Positions 12,001 through 24,000 of a stretch of DNA of 64,000 nucleotides are shown here, in pieces. Position 1 is the stretch's first letter; every line of letters begins with the position of its first letter. Under the pieces are notes generated by a model. The model was not told where the DNA came from and did not search any database. It was given only the letters and a program-made list of their open reading frames with translations. A program made the position numbers and the translations under genes. Source of the stretch: Naegleria gruberi (taxonomy: Eukaryota); NCBI GenBank assembly GCA_000004985.1, contig GG738873.1. One strand, 5' to 3'.

Positions 12001-15000
12001 NNNNNNNNNNNNNNNNNNNNNNNNNNNNNNNNNNNNNNNNNNNNNNNNNNNNNNNNNNNNNNNNNNNNNNNNNNNNNNNNNNNNNNNNNNNNNNNNNNNN
12101 NNNNNNNNNNNNNNNNNNNNNNNNNNNNNNNNNNNNNNNNNNNNNNNNNNNNNNNNNNNNNNNNNNNNNNNNNNNNNNNNNNNNNNNNNNNNNNNNNNNN
12201 NNNNNNNNNNNNNNNNNNNNNNNNNNNNNNNNNNNNNNNNNNNNNNNNNNNNNNNNNNNNNNNNNNNNNNNNNNNNNNNNNNNNNNNNNNNNNNNNNNNN
12301 NNNNNNNNNNNNNNNNNNNNNNNNNNNNNNNNNNNNNNNNNNNNNNNNNNNNNNNNNNNNNNNNNNNNNNNNNNNNNNNNNNNNNNNNNNNNNNNNNNNN
12401 NNNNNNNNNNNNNNNNNNNNNNNNNNNNNNNNNNNNNNNNNNNNNNNNNNNNNNNNNNNNNNNNNNNNNNNNNNNNNNNNNNNNNNNNNNNNNNNNNNNN
12501 NNNNNNNNNNNNNNNNNNNNNNNNNNNNNNNNNNNNNNNNNNNNNNNNNNNNNNNNNNNNNNNNNNNNNNNNNNNNNNNNNNNNNNNNNNNNNNNNNNNN
12601 NNNNNNNNNNNNNNNNNNNNNNNNNNNNNNNNNNNNNNNNNNNNNNNNNNNNNNNNNNNNNNNNNNNNNNNNNNNNNNNNNNNNNNNNNNNNNNNNNNNN
12701 NNNNNNNNNNNNNNNNNNNNNNNNNNNNNNNNNNNNNNNNNNNNNNNNNNNNNNNNNNNNNNNNNNNNNNNNNNNNNNNNNNNNNNNNNNNNNNNNNNNN
12801 NNNNNNNNNNNNNNNNNNNNNNNNNNNNNNNNNNNNNNNNNNNNNNNNNNNNNNNNNNNNNNNNNNNNNNNNNNNNNNNNNNNNNNNNNNNNNNNNNNNN
12901 NNNNNNNNNNNNNNNNNNNNNNNNNNNNNNNNNNNNNNNNNNNNNNNNNNNNNNNNNNNNNNNNNNNNNNNNNNNNNNNNNNNNNNNNNNNNNNNNNNNN
13001 NNNNNNNNNNNNNNNNNNNNNNNNNNNNNNNNNNNNNNNNNNNNNNNNNNNNNNNNNNNNNNNNNNNNNNNNNNNNNNNNNNNNNNNNNNNNNNNNNNNN
13101 NNNNNNNNNNNNNNNNNNNNNNNNNNNNNNNNNNNNNNNNNNNNNNNNNNNNNNNNNNNNNNNNNNNNNNNNNNNNNNNNNNNNNNNNNNNNNNNNNNNN
13201 NNNNNNNNNNNNNNNNNNNNNNNNNNNNNNNNNNNNNNNNNNNNNNNNNNNNNNNNNNNNNNNNNNNNNNNNNNNNNNNNNNNNNNNNNNNNNNNNNNNN
13301 NNNNNNNNNNNNNNNNNNNNNNNNNNNNNNNNNNNNNNNNNNNNNNNNNNNNNNNNNNNNNNNNNNNNNNNNNNNNNNNNNNNNNNNNNNNNNNNNNNNN
13401 NNNNNNNNNNNNNNNNNNNNNNNNNNNNNNNNNNNNNNNNNNNNNNNNNNNNNNNNNNNNNNNNNNNNNNNNNNNNNNNNNNNNNNNNNNNNNNNNNNNN
13501 NNNNNNNNNNNNNNNNNNNNNNNNNNNNNNNNNNNNNNNNNNNNNNNNNNNNNNNNNNNNNNNNNNNNNNNNNNNNNNNNNNNNNNNNNNNNNNNNNNNN
13601 NNNNNNNNNNNNNNNNNNNNNNNNNNNNNNNNNNNNNNNNNNNNNNNNNNNNNNNNNNNNNNNNNNNNNNNNNNNNNNNNNNNNNNNNNNNNNNNNNNNN
13701 NNNNNNNNNNNNNNNNNNNNNNNNNNNNNNNNNNNNNNNNNNNNNNNNNNNNNNNNNNNNNNNNNNNNNNNNNNNNNNNNNNNNNNNNNNNNNNNNNNNN
13801 NNNNNNNNNNNNNNNNNNNNNNNNNNNNNNNNNNNNNNNNNNNNNNNNNNNNNNNNNNNNNNNNNNNNNNNNNNNNNNNNNNNNNNNNNNNNNNNNNNNN
13901 NNNNNNNNNNNNNNNNNNNNNNNNNNNNNNNNNNNNNNNNNNNNNNNNNNNNNNNNNNNNNNNNNNNNNNNNNNNNNNNNNNNNNNNNNNNNNNNNNNNN
14001 NNNNNNNNNNNNNNNNNNNNNNNNNNNNNNNNNNNNNNNNNNNNNNNNNNNNNNNNNNNNNNNNNNNNNNNNNNNNNNNNNNNNNNNNNNNNNNNNNNNN
14101 NNNNNNNNNNNNNNNNNNNNNNNNNNNNNNNNNNNNNNNNNNNNNNNNNNNNNNNNNNNNNNNNNNNNNNNNNNNNNNNNNNNNNNNNNNNNNNNNNNNN
14201 NNNNNNNNNNNNNNNNNNNNNNNNNNNNNNNNNNNNNNNNNNNNNNNNNNNNNNNNNNNNNNNNNNNNNNNNNNNNNNNNNNNNNNNNNNNNNNNNNNNN
14301 NNNNNNNNNNNNNNNNNNNNNNNNNNNNNNNNNNNNNNNNNNNNNNNNNNNNNNNNNNNNNNNNNNNNNNNNNNNNNNNNNNNNNNNNNNNNNNNNNNNN
14401 NNNNNNNNNNNNNNNNNNNNNNNNNNNNNNNNNNNNNNNNNNNNNNNNNNNNNNNNNNNNNNNNNNNNNNNNNNNNNNNNNNNNNNNNNNNNNNNNNNNN
14501 NNNNNNNNNNNNNNNNNNNNNNNNNNNNNNNNNNNNNNNNNNNNNNNNNNNNNNNNNNNNNNNNNNNNNNNNNNNNNNNNNNNNNNNNNNNNNNNNNNNN
14601 NNNNNNNNNNNNNNNNNNNNNNNNNNNNNNNNNNNNNNNNNNNNNNNNNNNNNNNNNNNNNNNNNNNNNNNNNNNNNNNNNNNNNNNNNNNNNNNNNNNN
14701 NNNNNNNNNNNNNNNNNNNNNNNNNNNNNNNNNNNNNNNNNNNNNNNNNNNNNNNNNNNNNNNNNNNNNNNNNNNNNNNNNNNNNNNNNNNNNNNNNNNN
14801 NNNNNNNNNNNNNNNNNNNNNNNNNNNNNNNNNNNNNNNNNNNNNNNNNNNNNNNNNNNNNNNNNNNNNNNNNNNNNNNNNNNNNNNNNNNNNNNNNNNN
14901 NNNNNNNNNNNNNNNNNNNNNNNNNNNNNNNNNNNNNNNNNNNNNNNNNNNNNNNNNNNNNNNNNNNNNNNNNNNNNNNNNNNNNNNNNNNNNNNNNNNN

Positions 15001-18000
15001 NNNNNNNNNNNNNNNNNNNNNNNNNNNNNNNNNNNNNNNNNNNNNNNNNNNNNNNNNNNNNNNNNNNNNNNNNNNNNNNNNNNNNNNNNNNNNNNNNNNN
15101 NNNNNNNNNNNNNNNNNNNNNNNNNNNNNNNNNNNNNNNNNNNNNNNNNNNNNNNNNNNNNNNNNNNNNNNNNNNNNNNNNNNNNNNNNNNNNNNNNNNN
15201 NNNNNNNNNNNNNNNNNNNNNNNNNNNNNNNNNNNNNNNNNNNNNNNNNNNNNNNNNNNNNNNNNNNNNNNNNNNNNNNNNNNNNNNNNNNNNNNNNNNN
15301 NNNNNNNNNNNNNNNNNNNNNNNNNNNNNNNNNNNNNNNNNNNNNNNNNNNNNNNNNNNNNNNNNNNNNNNNNNNNNNNNNNNNNNNNNNNNNNNNNNNN
15401 NNNNNNNNNNNNNNNNNNNNNNNNNNNNNNNNNNNNNNNNNNNNNNNNNNNNNNNNNNNNNNNNNNNNNNNNNNNNNNNNNNNNNNNNNNNNNNNNNNNN
15501 NNNNNNNNNNNNNNNNNNNNNNNNNNNNNNNNNNNNNNNNNNNNNNNNNNNNNNNNNNNNNNNNNNNNNNNNNNNNNNNNNNNNNNNNNNNNNNNNNNNN
15601 NNNNNNNNNNNNNNNNNNNNNNNNNNNNNNNNNNNNNNNNNNNNNNNNNNNNNNNNNNNNNNNNNNNNNNNNNNNNNNNNNNNNNNNNNNNNNNNNNNNN
15701 NNNNNNNNNNNNNNNNNNNNNNNNNNNNNNNNNNNNNNNNNNNNNNNNNNNNNNNNNNNNNNNNNNNNNNNNNNNNNNNNNNNNNNNNNNNNNNNNNNNN
15801 NNNNNNNNNNNNNNNNNNNNNNNNNNNNNNNNNNNNNNNNNNNNNNNNNNNNNNNNNNNNNNNNNNNNNNNNNNNNNNNNNNNNNNNNNNNNNNNNNNNN
15901 NNNNNNNNNNNNNNNNNNNNNNNNNNNNNNNNNNNNNNNNNNNNNNNNNNNNNNNNNNNNNNNNNNNNNNNNNNNNNNNNNNNNNNNNNNNNNNNNNNNN
16001 NNNNNNNNNNNNNNNNNNNNNNNNNNNNNNNNNNNNNNNNNNNNNNNNNNNNNNNNNNNNNNNNNNNNNNNNNNNNNNNNNNNNNNNNNNNNNNNNNNNN
16101 NNNNNNNNNNNNNNNNNNNNNNNNNNNNNNNNNNNNNNNNNNNNNNNNNNNNNNNNNNNNNNNNNNNNNNNNNNNNNNNNNNNNNNNNNNNNNNNNNNNN
16201 NNNNNNNNNNNNNNNNNNNNNNNNNNNNNNNNNNNNNNNNNNNNNNNNNNNNNNNNNNNNNNNNNNNNNNNNNNNNNNNNNNNNNNNNNNNNNNNNNNNN
16301 NNNNNNNNNNNNNNNNNNNNNNNNNNNNNNNNNNNNNNNNNNNNNNNNNNNNNNNNNNNNNNNNNNNNNNNNNNNNNNNNNNNNNNNNNNNNNNNNNNNN
16401 NNNNNNNNNNNNNNNNNNNNNNNNNNNNNNNNNNNNNNNNNNNNNNNNNNNNNNNNNNNNNNNNNNNNNNNNNNNNNNNNNNNNNNNNNNNNNNNNNNNN
16501 NNNNNNNNNNNNNNNNNNNNNNNNNNNNNNNNNNNNNNNNNNNNNNNNNNNNNNNNNNNNNNNNNNNNNNNNNNNNNNNNNNNNNNNNNNNNNNNNNNNN
16601 NNNNNNNNNNNNNNNNNNNNNNNNNNNNNNNNNNNNNNNNNNNNNNNNNNNNNNNNNNNNNNNNNNNNNNNNNNNNNNNNNNNNNNNNNNNNNNNNNNNN
16701 NNNNNNNNNNNNNNNNNNNNNNNNNNNNNNNNNNNNNNNNNNNNNNNNNNNNNNNNNNNNNNNNNNNNNNNNNNNNNNNNNNNNNNNNNNNNNNNNNNNN
16801 NNNNNNNNNNNNNNNNNNNNNNNNNNNNNNNNNNNNNNNNNNNNNNNNNNNNNNNNNNNNNNNNNNNNNNNNNNNNNNNNNNNNNNNNNNNNNNNNNNNN
16901 NNNNNNNNNNNNNNNNNNNNNNNNNNNNNNNNNNNNNNNNNNNNNNNNNNNNNNNNNNNNNNNNNNNNNNNNNNNNNNNNNNNNNNNNNNNNNNNNNNNN
17001 NNNNNNNNNNNNNNNNNNNNNNNNNNNNNNNNNNNNNNNNNNNNNNNNNNNNNNNNNNNNNNNNNNNNNNNNNNNNNNNNNNNNNNNNNNNNNNNNNNNN
17101 NNNNNNNNNNNNNNNNNNNNNNNNNNNNNNNNNNNNNNNNNNNNNNNNNNNNNNNNNNNNNNNNNNNNNNNNNNNNNNNNNNNNNNNNNNNNNNNNNNNN
17201 NNNNNNNNNNNNNNNNNNNNNNNNNNNNNNNNNNNNNNNNNNNNNNNNNNNNNNNNNNNNNNNNNNNNNNNNNNNNNNNNNNNNNNNNNNNNNNNNNNNN
17301 NNNNNNNNNNNNNNNNNNNNNNNNNNNNNNNNNNNNNNNNNNNNNNNNNNNNNNNNNNNNNNNNNNNNNNNNNNNNNNNNNNNNNNNNNNNNNNNNNNNN
17401 NNNNNNNNNNNNNNNNNNNNNNNNNNNNNNNNNNNNNNNNNNNNNNNNNNNNNNNNNNNNNNNNNNNNNNNNNNNNNNNNNNNNNNNNNNNNNNNNNNNN
17501 NNNNNNNNNNNNNNNNNNNNNNNNNNNNNNNNNNNNNNNNNNNNNNNNNNNNNNNNNNNNNNNNNNNNNNNNNNNNNNNNNNNNNNNNNNNNNNNNNNNN
17601 NNNNNNNNNNNNNNNNNNNNNNNNNNNNNNNNNNNNNNNNNNNNNNNNNNNNNNNNNNNNNNNNNNNNNNNNNNNNNNNNNNNNNNNNNNNNNNNNNNNN
17701 NNNNNNNNNNNNNNNNNNNNNNNNNNNNNNNNNNNNNNNNNNNNNNNNNNNNNNNNNNNNNNNNNNNNNNNNNNNNNNNNNNNNNNNNNNNNNNNNNNNN
17801 NNNNNNNNNNNNNNNNNNNNNNNNNNNNNNNNNNNNNNNNNNNNNNNNNNNNNNNNNNNNNNNNNNNNNNNNNNNNNNNNNNNNNNNNNNNNNNNNNNNN
17901 NNNNNNNNNNNNNNNNNNNNNNNNNNNNNNNNNNNNNNNNNNNNNNNNNNNNNNNNNNNNNNNNNNNNNNNNNNNNNNNNNNNNNNNNNNNNNNNNNNNN

Positions 18001-21000
18001 NNNNNNNNNNNNNNNNNNNNNNNNNNNNNNNNNNNNNNNNNNNNNNNNNNNNNNNNNNNNNNNNNNNNNNNNNNNNNNNNNNNNNNNNNNNNNNNNNNNN
18101 NNNNNNNNNNNNNNNNNNNNNNNNNNNNNNNNNNNNNNNNNNNNNNNNNNNNNNNNNNNNNNNNNNNNNNNNNNNNNNNNNNNNNNNNNNNNNNNNNNNN
18201 NNNNNNNNNNNNNNNNNNNNNNNNNNNNNNNNNNNNNNNNNNNNNNNNNNNNNNNNNNNNNNNNNNNNNNNNNNNNNNNNNNNNNNNNNNNNNNNNNNNN
18301 NNNNNNNNNNNNNNNNNNNNNNNNNNNNNNNNNNNNNNNNNNNNNNNNNNNNNNNNNNNNNNNNNNNNNNNNNNNNNNNNNNNNNNNNNNNNNNNNNNNN
18401 NNNNNNNNNNNNNNNNNNNNNNNNNNNNNNNNNNNNNNNNNNNNNNNNNNNNNNNNNNNNNNNNNNNNNNNNNNNNNNNNNNNNNNNNNNNNNNNNNNNN
18501 NNNNNNNNNNNNNNNNNNNNNNNNNNNNNNNNNNNNNNNNNNNNNNNNNNNNNNNNNNNNNNNNNNNNNNNNNNNNNNNNNNNNNNNNNNNNNNNNNNNN
18601 NNNNNNNNNNNNNNNNNNNNNNNNNNNNNNNNNNNNNNNNNNNNNNNNNNNNNNNNNNNNNNNNNNNNNNNNNNNNNNNNNNNNNNNNNNNNNNNNNNNN
18701 NNNNNNNNNNNNNNNNNNNNNNNNNNNNNNNNNNNNNNNNNNNNNNNNNNNNNNNNNNNNNNNNNNNNNNNNNNNNNNNNNNNNNNNNNNNNNNNNNNNN
18801 NNNNNNNNNNNNNNNNNNNNNNNNNNNNNNNNNNNNNNNNNNNNNNNNNNNNNNNNNNNNNNNNNNNNNNNNNNNNNNNNNNNNNNNNNNNNNNNNNNNN
18901 NNNNNNNNNNNNNNNNNNNNNNNNNNNNNNNNNNNNNNNNNNNNNNNNNNNNNNNNNNNNNNNNNNNNNNNNNNNNNNNNNNNNNNNNNNNNNNNNNNNN
19001 NNNNNNNNNNNNNNNNNNNNNNNNNNNNNNNNNNNNNNNNNNNNNNNNNNNNNNNNNNNNNNNNNNNNNNNNNNNNNNNNNNNNNNNNNNNNNNNNNNNN
19101 NNNNNNNNNNNNNNNNNNNNNNNNNNNNNNNNNNNNNNNNNNNNNNNNNNNNNNNNNNNNNNNNNNNNNNNNNNNNNNNNNNNNNNNNNNNNNNNNNNNN
19201 NNNNNNNNNNNNNNNNNNNNNNNNNNNNNNNNNNNNNNNNNNNNNNNNNNNNNNNNNNNNNNNNNNNNNNNNNNNNNNNNNNNNNNNNNNNNNNNNNNNN
19301 NNNNNNNNNNNNNNNNNNNNNNNNNNNNNNNNNNNNNNNNNNNNNNNNNNNNNNNNNNNNNNNNNNNNNNNNNNNNNNNNNNNNNNNNNNNNNNNNNNNN
19401 NNNNNNNNNNNNNNNNNNNNNNNNNNNNNNNNNNNNNNNNNNNNNNNNNNNNNNNNNNNNNNNNNNNNNNNNNNNNNNNNNNNNNNNNNNNNNNNNNNNN
19501 NNNNNNNNNNNNNNNNNNNNNNNNNNNNNNNNNNNNNNNNNNNNNNNNNNNNNNNNNNNNNNNNNNNNNNNNNNNNNNNNNNNNNNNNNNNNNNNNNNNN
19601 NNNNNNNNNNNNNNNNNNNNNNNNNNNNNNNNNNNNNNNNNNNNNNNNNNNNNNNNNNNNNNNNNNNNNNNNNNNNNNNNNNNNNNNNNNNNNNNNNNNN
19701 NNNNNNNNNNNNNNNNNNNNNNNNNNNNNNNNNNNNNNNNNNNNNNNNNNNNNNNNNNNNNNNNNNNNNNNNNNNNNNNNNNNNNNNNNNNNNNNNNNNN
19801 NNNNNNNNNNNNNNNNNNNNNNNNNNNNNNNNNNNNNNNNNNNNNNNNNNNNNNNNNNNNNNNNNNNNNNNNNNNNNNNNNNNNNNNNNNNNNNNNNNNN
19901 NNNNNNNNNNNNNNNNNNNNNNNNNNNNNNNNNNNNNNNNNNNNNNNNNNNNNNNNNNNNNNNNNNNNNNNNNNNNNNNNNNNNNNNNNNNNNNNNNNNN
20001 NNNNNNNNNNNNNNNNNNNNNNNNNNNNNNNNNNNNNNNNNNNNNNNNNNNNNNNNNNNNNNNNNNNNNNNNNNNNNNNNNNNNNNNNNNNNNNNNNNNN
20101 NNNNNNNNNNNNNNNNNNNNNNNNNNNNNNNNNNNNNNNNNNNNNNNNNNNNNNNNNNNNNNNNNNNNNNNNNNNNNNNNNNNNNNNNNNNNNNNNNNNN
20201 NNNNNNNNNNNNNNNNNNNNNNNNNNNNNNNNNNNNNNNNNNNNNNNNNNNNNNNNNNNNNNNNNNNNNNNNNNNNNNNNNNNNNNNNNNNNNNNNNNNN
20301 NNNNNNNNNNNNNNNNNNNNNNNNNNNNNNNNNNNNNNNNNNNNNNNNNNNNNNNNNNNNNNNNNNNNNNNNNNNNNNNNNNNNNNNNNNNNNNNNNNNN
20401 NNNNNNNNNNNNNNNNNNNNNNNNNNNNNNNNNNNNNNNNNNNNNNNNNNNNNNNNNNNNNNNNNNNNNNNNNNNNNNNNNNNNNNNNNNNNNNNNNNNN
20501 NNNNNNNNNNNNNNNNNNNNNNNNNNNNNNNNNNNNNNNNNNNNNNNNNNNNNNNNNNNNNNNNNNNNNNNNNNNNNNNNNNNNNNNNNNNNNNNNNNNN
20601 NNNNNNNNNNNNNNNNNNNNNNNNNNNNNNNNNNNNNNNNNNNNNNNNNNNNNNNNNNNNNNNNNNNNNNNNNNNNNNNNNNNNNNNNNNNNNNNNNNNN
20701 NNNNNNNNNNNNNNNNNNNNNNNNNNNNNNNNNNNNNNNNNNNNNNNNNNNNNNNNNNNNNNNNNNNNNNNNNNNNNNNNNNNNNNNNNNNNNNNNNNNN
20801 NNNNNNNNNNNNNNNNNNNNNNNNNNNNNNNNNNNNNNNNNNNNNNNNNNNNNNNNNNNNNNNNNNNNNNNNNNNNNNNNNNNNNNNNNNNNNNNNNNNN
20901 NNNNNNNNNNNNNNNNNNNNNNNNNNNNNNNNNNNNNNNNNNNNNNNNNNNNNNNNNNNNNNNNNNNNNNNNNNNNNNNNNNNNNNNNNNNNNNNNNNNN

Positions 21001-24000
21001 NNNNNNNNNNNNNNNNNNNNNNNNNNNNNNNNNNNNNNNNNNNNNNNNNNNNNNNNNNNNNNNNNNNNNNNNNNNNNNNNNNNNNNNNNNNNNNNNNNNN
21101 NNNNNNNNNNNNNNNNNNNNNNNNNNNNNNNNNNNNNNNNNNNNNNNNNNNNNNNNNNNNNNNNNNNNNNNNNNNNNNNNNNNNNNNNNNNNNNNNNNNN
21201 NNNNNNNNNNNNNNNNNNNNNNNNNNNNNNNNNNNNNNNNNNNNNNNNNNNNNNNNNNNNNNNNNNNNNNNNNNNNNNNNNNNNNNNNNNNNNNNNNNNN
21301 NNNNNNNNNNNNNNNNNNNNNNNNNNNNNNNNNNNNNNNNNNNNNNNNNNNNNNNNNNNNNNNNNNNNNNNNNNNNNNNNNNNNNNNNNNNNNNNNNNNN
21401 NNNNNNNNNNNNNNNNNNNNNNNNNNNNNNNNNNNNNNNNNNNNNNNNNNNNNNNNNNNNNNNNNNNNNNNNNNNNNNNNNNNNNNNNNNNNNNNNNNNN
21501 NNNNNNNNNNNNNNNNNNNNNNNNNNNNNNNNNNNNNNNNNNNNNNNNNNNNNNNNNNNNNNNNNNNNNNNNNNNNNNNNNNNNNNNNNNNNNNNNNNNN
21601 NNNNNNNNNNNNNNNNNNNNNNNNNNNNNNNNNNNNNNNNNNNNNNNNNNNNNNNNNNNNNNNNNNNNNNNNNNNNNNNNNNNNNNNNNNNNNNNNNNNN
21701 NNNNNNNNNNNNNNNNNNNNNNNNNNNNNNNNNNNNNNNNNNNNNNNNNNNNNNNNNNNNNNNNNNNNNNNNNNNNNNNNNNNNNNNNNNNNNNNNNNNN
21801 NNNNNNNNNNNNNNNNNNNNNNNNNNNNNNNNNNNNNNNNNNNNNNNNNNNNNNNNNNNNNNNNNNNNNNNNNNNNNNNNNNNNNNNNNNNNNNNNNNNN
21901 NNNNNNNNNNNNNNNNNNNNNNNNNNNNNNNNNNNNNNNNNNNNNNNNNNNNNNNNNNNNNNNNNNNNNNNNNNNNNNNNNNNNNNNNNNNNNNNNNNNN
22001 NNNNNNNNNNNNNNNNNNNNNNNNNNNNNNNNNNNNNNNNNNNNNNNNNNNNNNNNNNNNNNNNNNNNNNNNNNNNNNNNNNNNNNNNNNNNNNNNNNNN
22101 NNNNNNNNNNNNNNNNNNNNNNNNNNNNNNNNNNNNNNNNNNNNNNNNNNNNNNNNNNNNNNNNNNNNNNNNNNNNNNNNNNNNNNNNNNNNNNNNNNNN
22201 NNNNNNNNNNNNNNNNNNNNNNNNNNNNNNNNNNNNNNNNNNNNNNNNNNNNNNNNNNNNNNNNNNNNNNNNNNNNNNNNNNNNNNNNNNNNNNNNNNNN
22301 NNNNNNNNNNNNNNNNNNNNNNNNNNNNNNNNNNNNNNNNNNNNNNNNNNNNNNNNNNNNNNNNNNNNNNNNNNNNNNNNNNNNNNNNNNNNNNNNNNNN
22401 NNNNNNNNNNNNNNNNNNNNNNNNNNNNNNNNNNNNNNNNNNNNNNNNNNNNNNNNNNNNNNNNNNNNNNNNNNNNNNNNNNNNNNNNNNNNNNNNNNNN
22501 NNNNNNNNNNNNNNNNNNNNNNNNNNNNNNNNNNNNNNNNNNNNNNNNNNNNNNNNNNNNNNNNNNNNNNNNNNNNNNNNNNNNNNNNNNNNNNNNNNNN
22601 NNNNNNNNNNNNNNNNNNNNNNNNNNNNNNNNNNNNNNNNNNNNNNNNNNNNNNNNNNNNNNNNNNNNNNNNNNNNNNNNNNNNNNNNNNNNNNNNNNNN
22701 NNNNNNNNNNNNNNNNNNNNNNNNNNNNNNNNNNNNNNNNNNNNNNNNNNNNNNNNNNNNNNNNNNNNNNNNNNNNNNNNNNNNNNNNNNNNNNNNNNNN
22801 NNNNNNNNNNNNNNNNNNNNNNNNNNNNNNNNNNNNNNNNNNNNNNNNNNNNNNNNNNNNNNNNNNNNNNNNNNNNNNNNNNNNNNNNNNNNNNNNNNNN
22901 NNNNNNNNNNNNNNNNNNNNNNNNNNNNNNNNNNNNNNNNNNNNNNNNNNNNNNNNNNNNNNNNNNNNNNNNNNNNNNNNNNNNNNNNNNNNNNNNNNNN
23001 NNNNNNNNNNNNNNNNNNNNNNNNNNNNNNNNNNNNNNNNNNNNNNNNNNNNNNNNNNNNNNNNNNNNNNNNNNNNNNNNNNNNNNNNNNNNNNNNNNNN
23101 NNNNNNNNNNNNNNNNNNNNNNNNNNNNNNNNNNNNNNNNNNNNNNNNNNNNNNNNNNNNNNNNNNNNNNNNNNNNNNNNNNNNNNNNNNNNNNNNNNNN
23201 NNNNNNNNNNNNNNNNNNNNNNNNNNNNNNNNNNNNNNNNNNNNNNNNNNNNNNNNNNNNNNNNNNNNNNNNNNNNNNNNNNNNNNNNNNNNNNNNNNNN
23301 NNNNNNNNNNNNNNNNNNNNNNNNNNNNNNNNNNNNNNNNNNNNNNNNNNNNNNNNNNNNNNNNNNNNNNNNNNNNNNNNNNNNNNNNNNNNNNNNNNNN
23401 NNNNNNNNNNNNNNNNNNNNNNNNNNNNNNNNNNNNNNNNNNNNNNNNNNNNNNNNNNNNNNNNNNNNNNNNNNNNNNNNNNNNNNNNNNNNNNNNNNNN
23501 NNNNNNNNNNNNNNNNNNNNNNNNNNNNNNNNNNNNNNNNNNNNNNNNNNNNNNNNNNNNNNNNNNNNNNNNNNNNNNNNNNNNNNNNNNNNNNNNNNNN
23601 NNNNNNNNNNNNNNNNNNNNNNNNNNNNNNNNNNNNNNNNNNNNNNNNNNNNNNNNNNNNNNNNNNNNNNNNNNNNNNNNNNNNNNNNNNNNNNNNNNNN
23701 NNNNNNNNNNNNNNNNNNNNNNNNNNNNNNNNNNNNNNNNNNNNNNNNNNNNNNNNNNNNNNNNNNNNNNNNNNNNNNNNNNNNNNNNNNNNNNNNNNNN
23801 NNNNNNNNNNNNNNNNNNNNNNNNNNNNNNNNNNNNNNNNNNNNNNNNNNNNNNNNNNNNNNNNNNNNNNNNNNNNNNNNNNNNNNNNNNNNNNNNNNNN
23901 NNNNNNNNNNNNNNNNNNNNNNNNNNNNNNNNNNNNNNNNNNNNNNNNNNNNNNNNNNNNNNNNNNNNNNNNNNNNNNNNNNNNNNNNNNNNNNNNNNNN